Source: Ptychomitrium polyphyllum (lineage: Eukaryota). Taken from it: a DNA stretch of 64,000 nucleotides. The stretch spans positions 1,798,001-1,862,000 of the forward strand of contig OZ316775.1 of assembly GCA_973851085.1 (NCBI GenBank). The letters run 5' to 3'. The number at the start of each line of letters is the position of its first letter. Within the stretch, counting starts at the first letter, position 1. The position numbers and the translations under genes were made by a program. The notes below the pieces were generated by a model. The model was not told the origin of the DNA. It did not search any database and saw only the letters and a program-made list of their open reading frames with translations. Shown here piece by piece: positions 63,746-64,000 of the stretch.

Positions 63746-64000
63746 CTACACAGACCACCATTCACCTTCATGTCCCCTCCGTTGTAGACGTTGACCCGCT
63801 TAGCAAAAAGTCCCACAAAATGTACACAGAGAATTGATGACCGTGACTGATTACATGAACTCGACATGTGCCTGAGAGTATCATGTAAAACACGGAAGTC
63901 CCCTTCGAAGAAAAGCTTCGACAAATCAATCAACCTGAAAATGTTTAGCTGCTAAAATCGTCGACAAATCCAGGTGAATGTGTCGGTGGGTTACTGAACA

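Overview
Eukaryotic nuclear DNA from a land plant, most likely a moss or other bryophyte (inferred from the spliced plant-type genes, AT-rich spacers and the TE relics). I can reconstruct ten protein-coding genes: a partial ABCI11-like ABC ATPase (+), a DOMON-cytochrome b561 protein (-), a DENND6-like protein (-), an intronless ~1,070-aa VIT-vWA (VWA5A-like) protein (-), myo-inositol-1-phosphate synthase (-), a Sac1-type phosphoinositide phosphatase (-), a DeSI/PPPDE peptidase (+), a POLTERGEIST-like PP2C (-), a 70-aa small membrane protein (+) and a partial SYP61 syntaxin (-). The spacers hold a decayed Tc1-like (DD34E) transposon, a Ty3/Gypsy gag relic, a foldback-like repeat and microsatellites. 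Four observations stand out. (1) The intronless VIT-vWA gene looks fungal/animal in type and carries an internal ribosomal P-stalk-like motif (SDDDDMGFYL). (2) A ~220-nt self-complementary segment lies upstream of the DeSI gene. (3) There are two minor-spliceosome (U12) introns: one AT-AC, and one GT-AG that is in frame and stop-free. (4) The Tc1 fossil retains its DD34E spacing. All calls were made by eye; no database searches were run.
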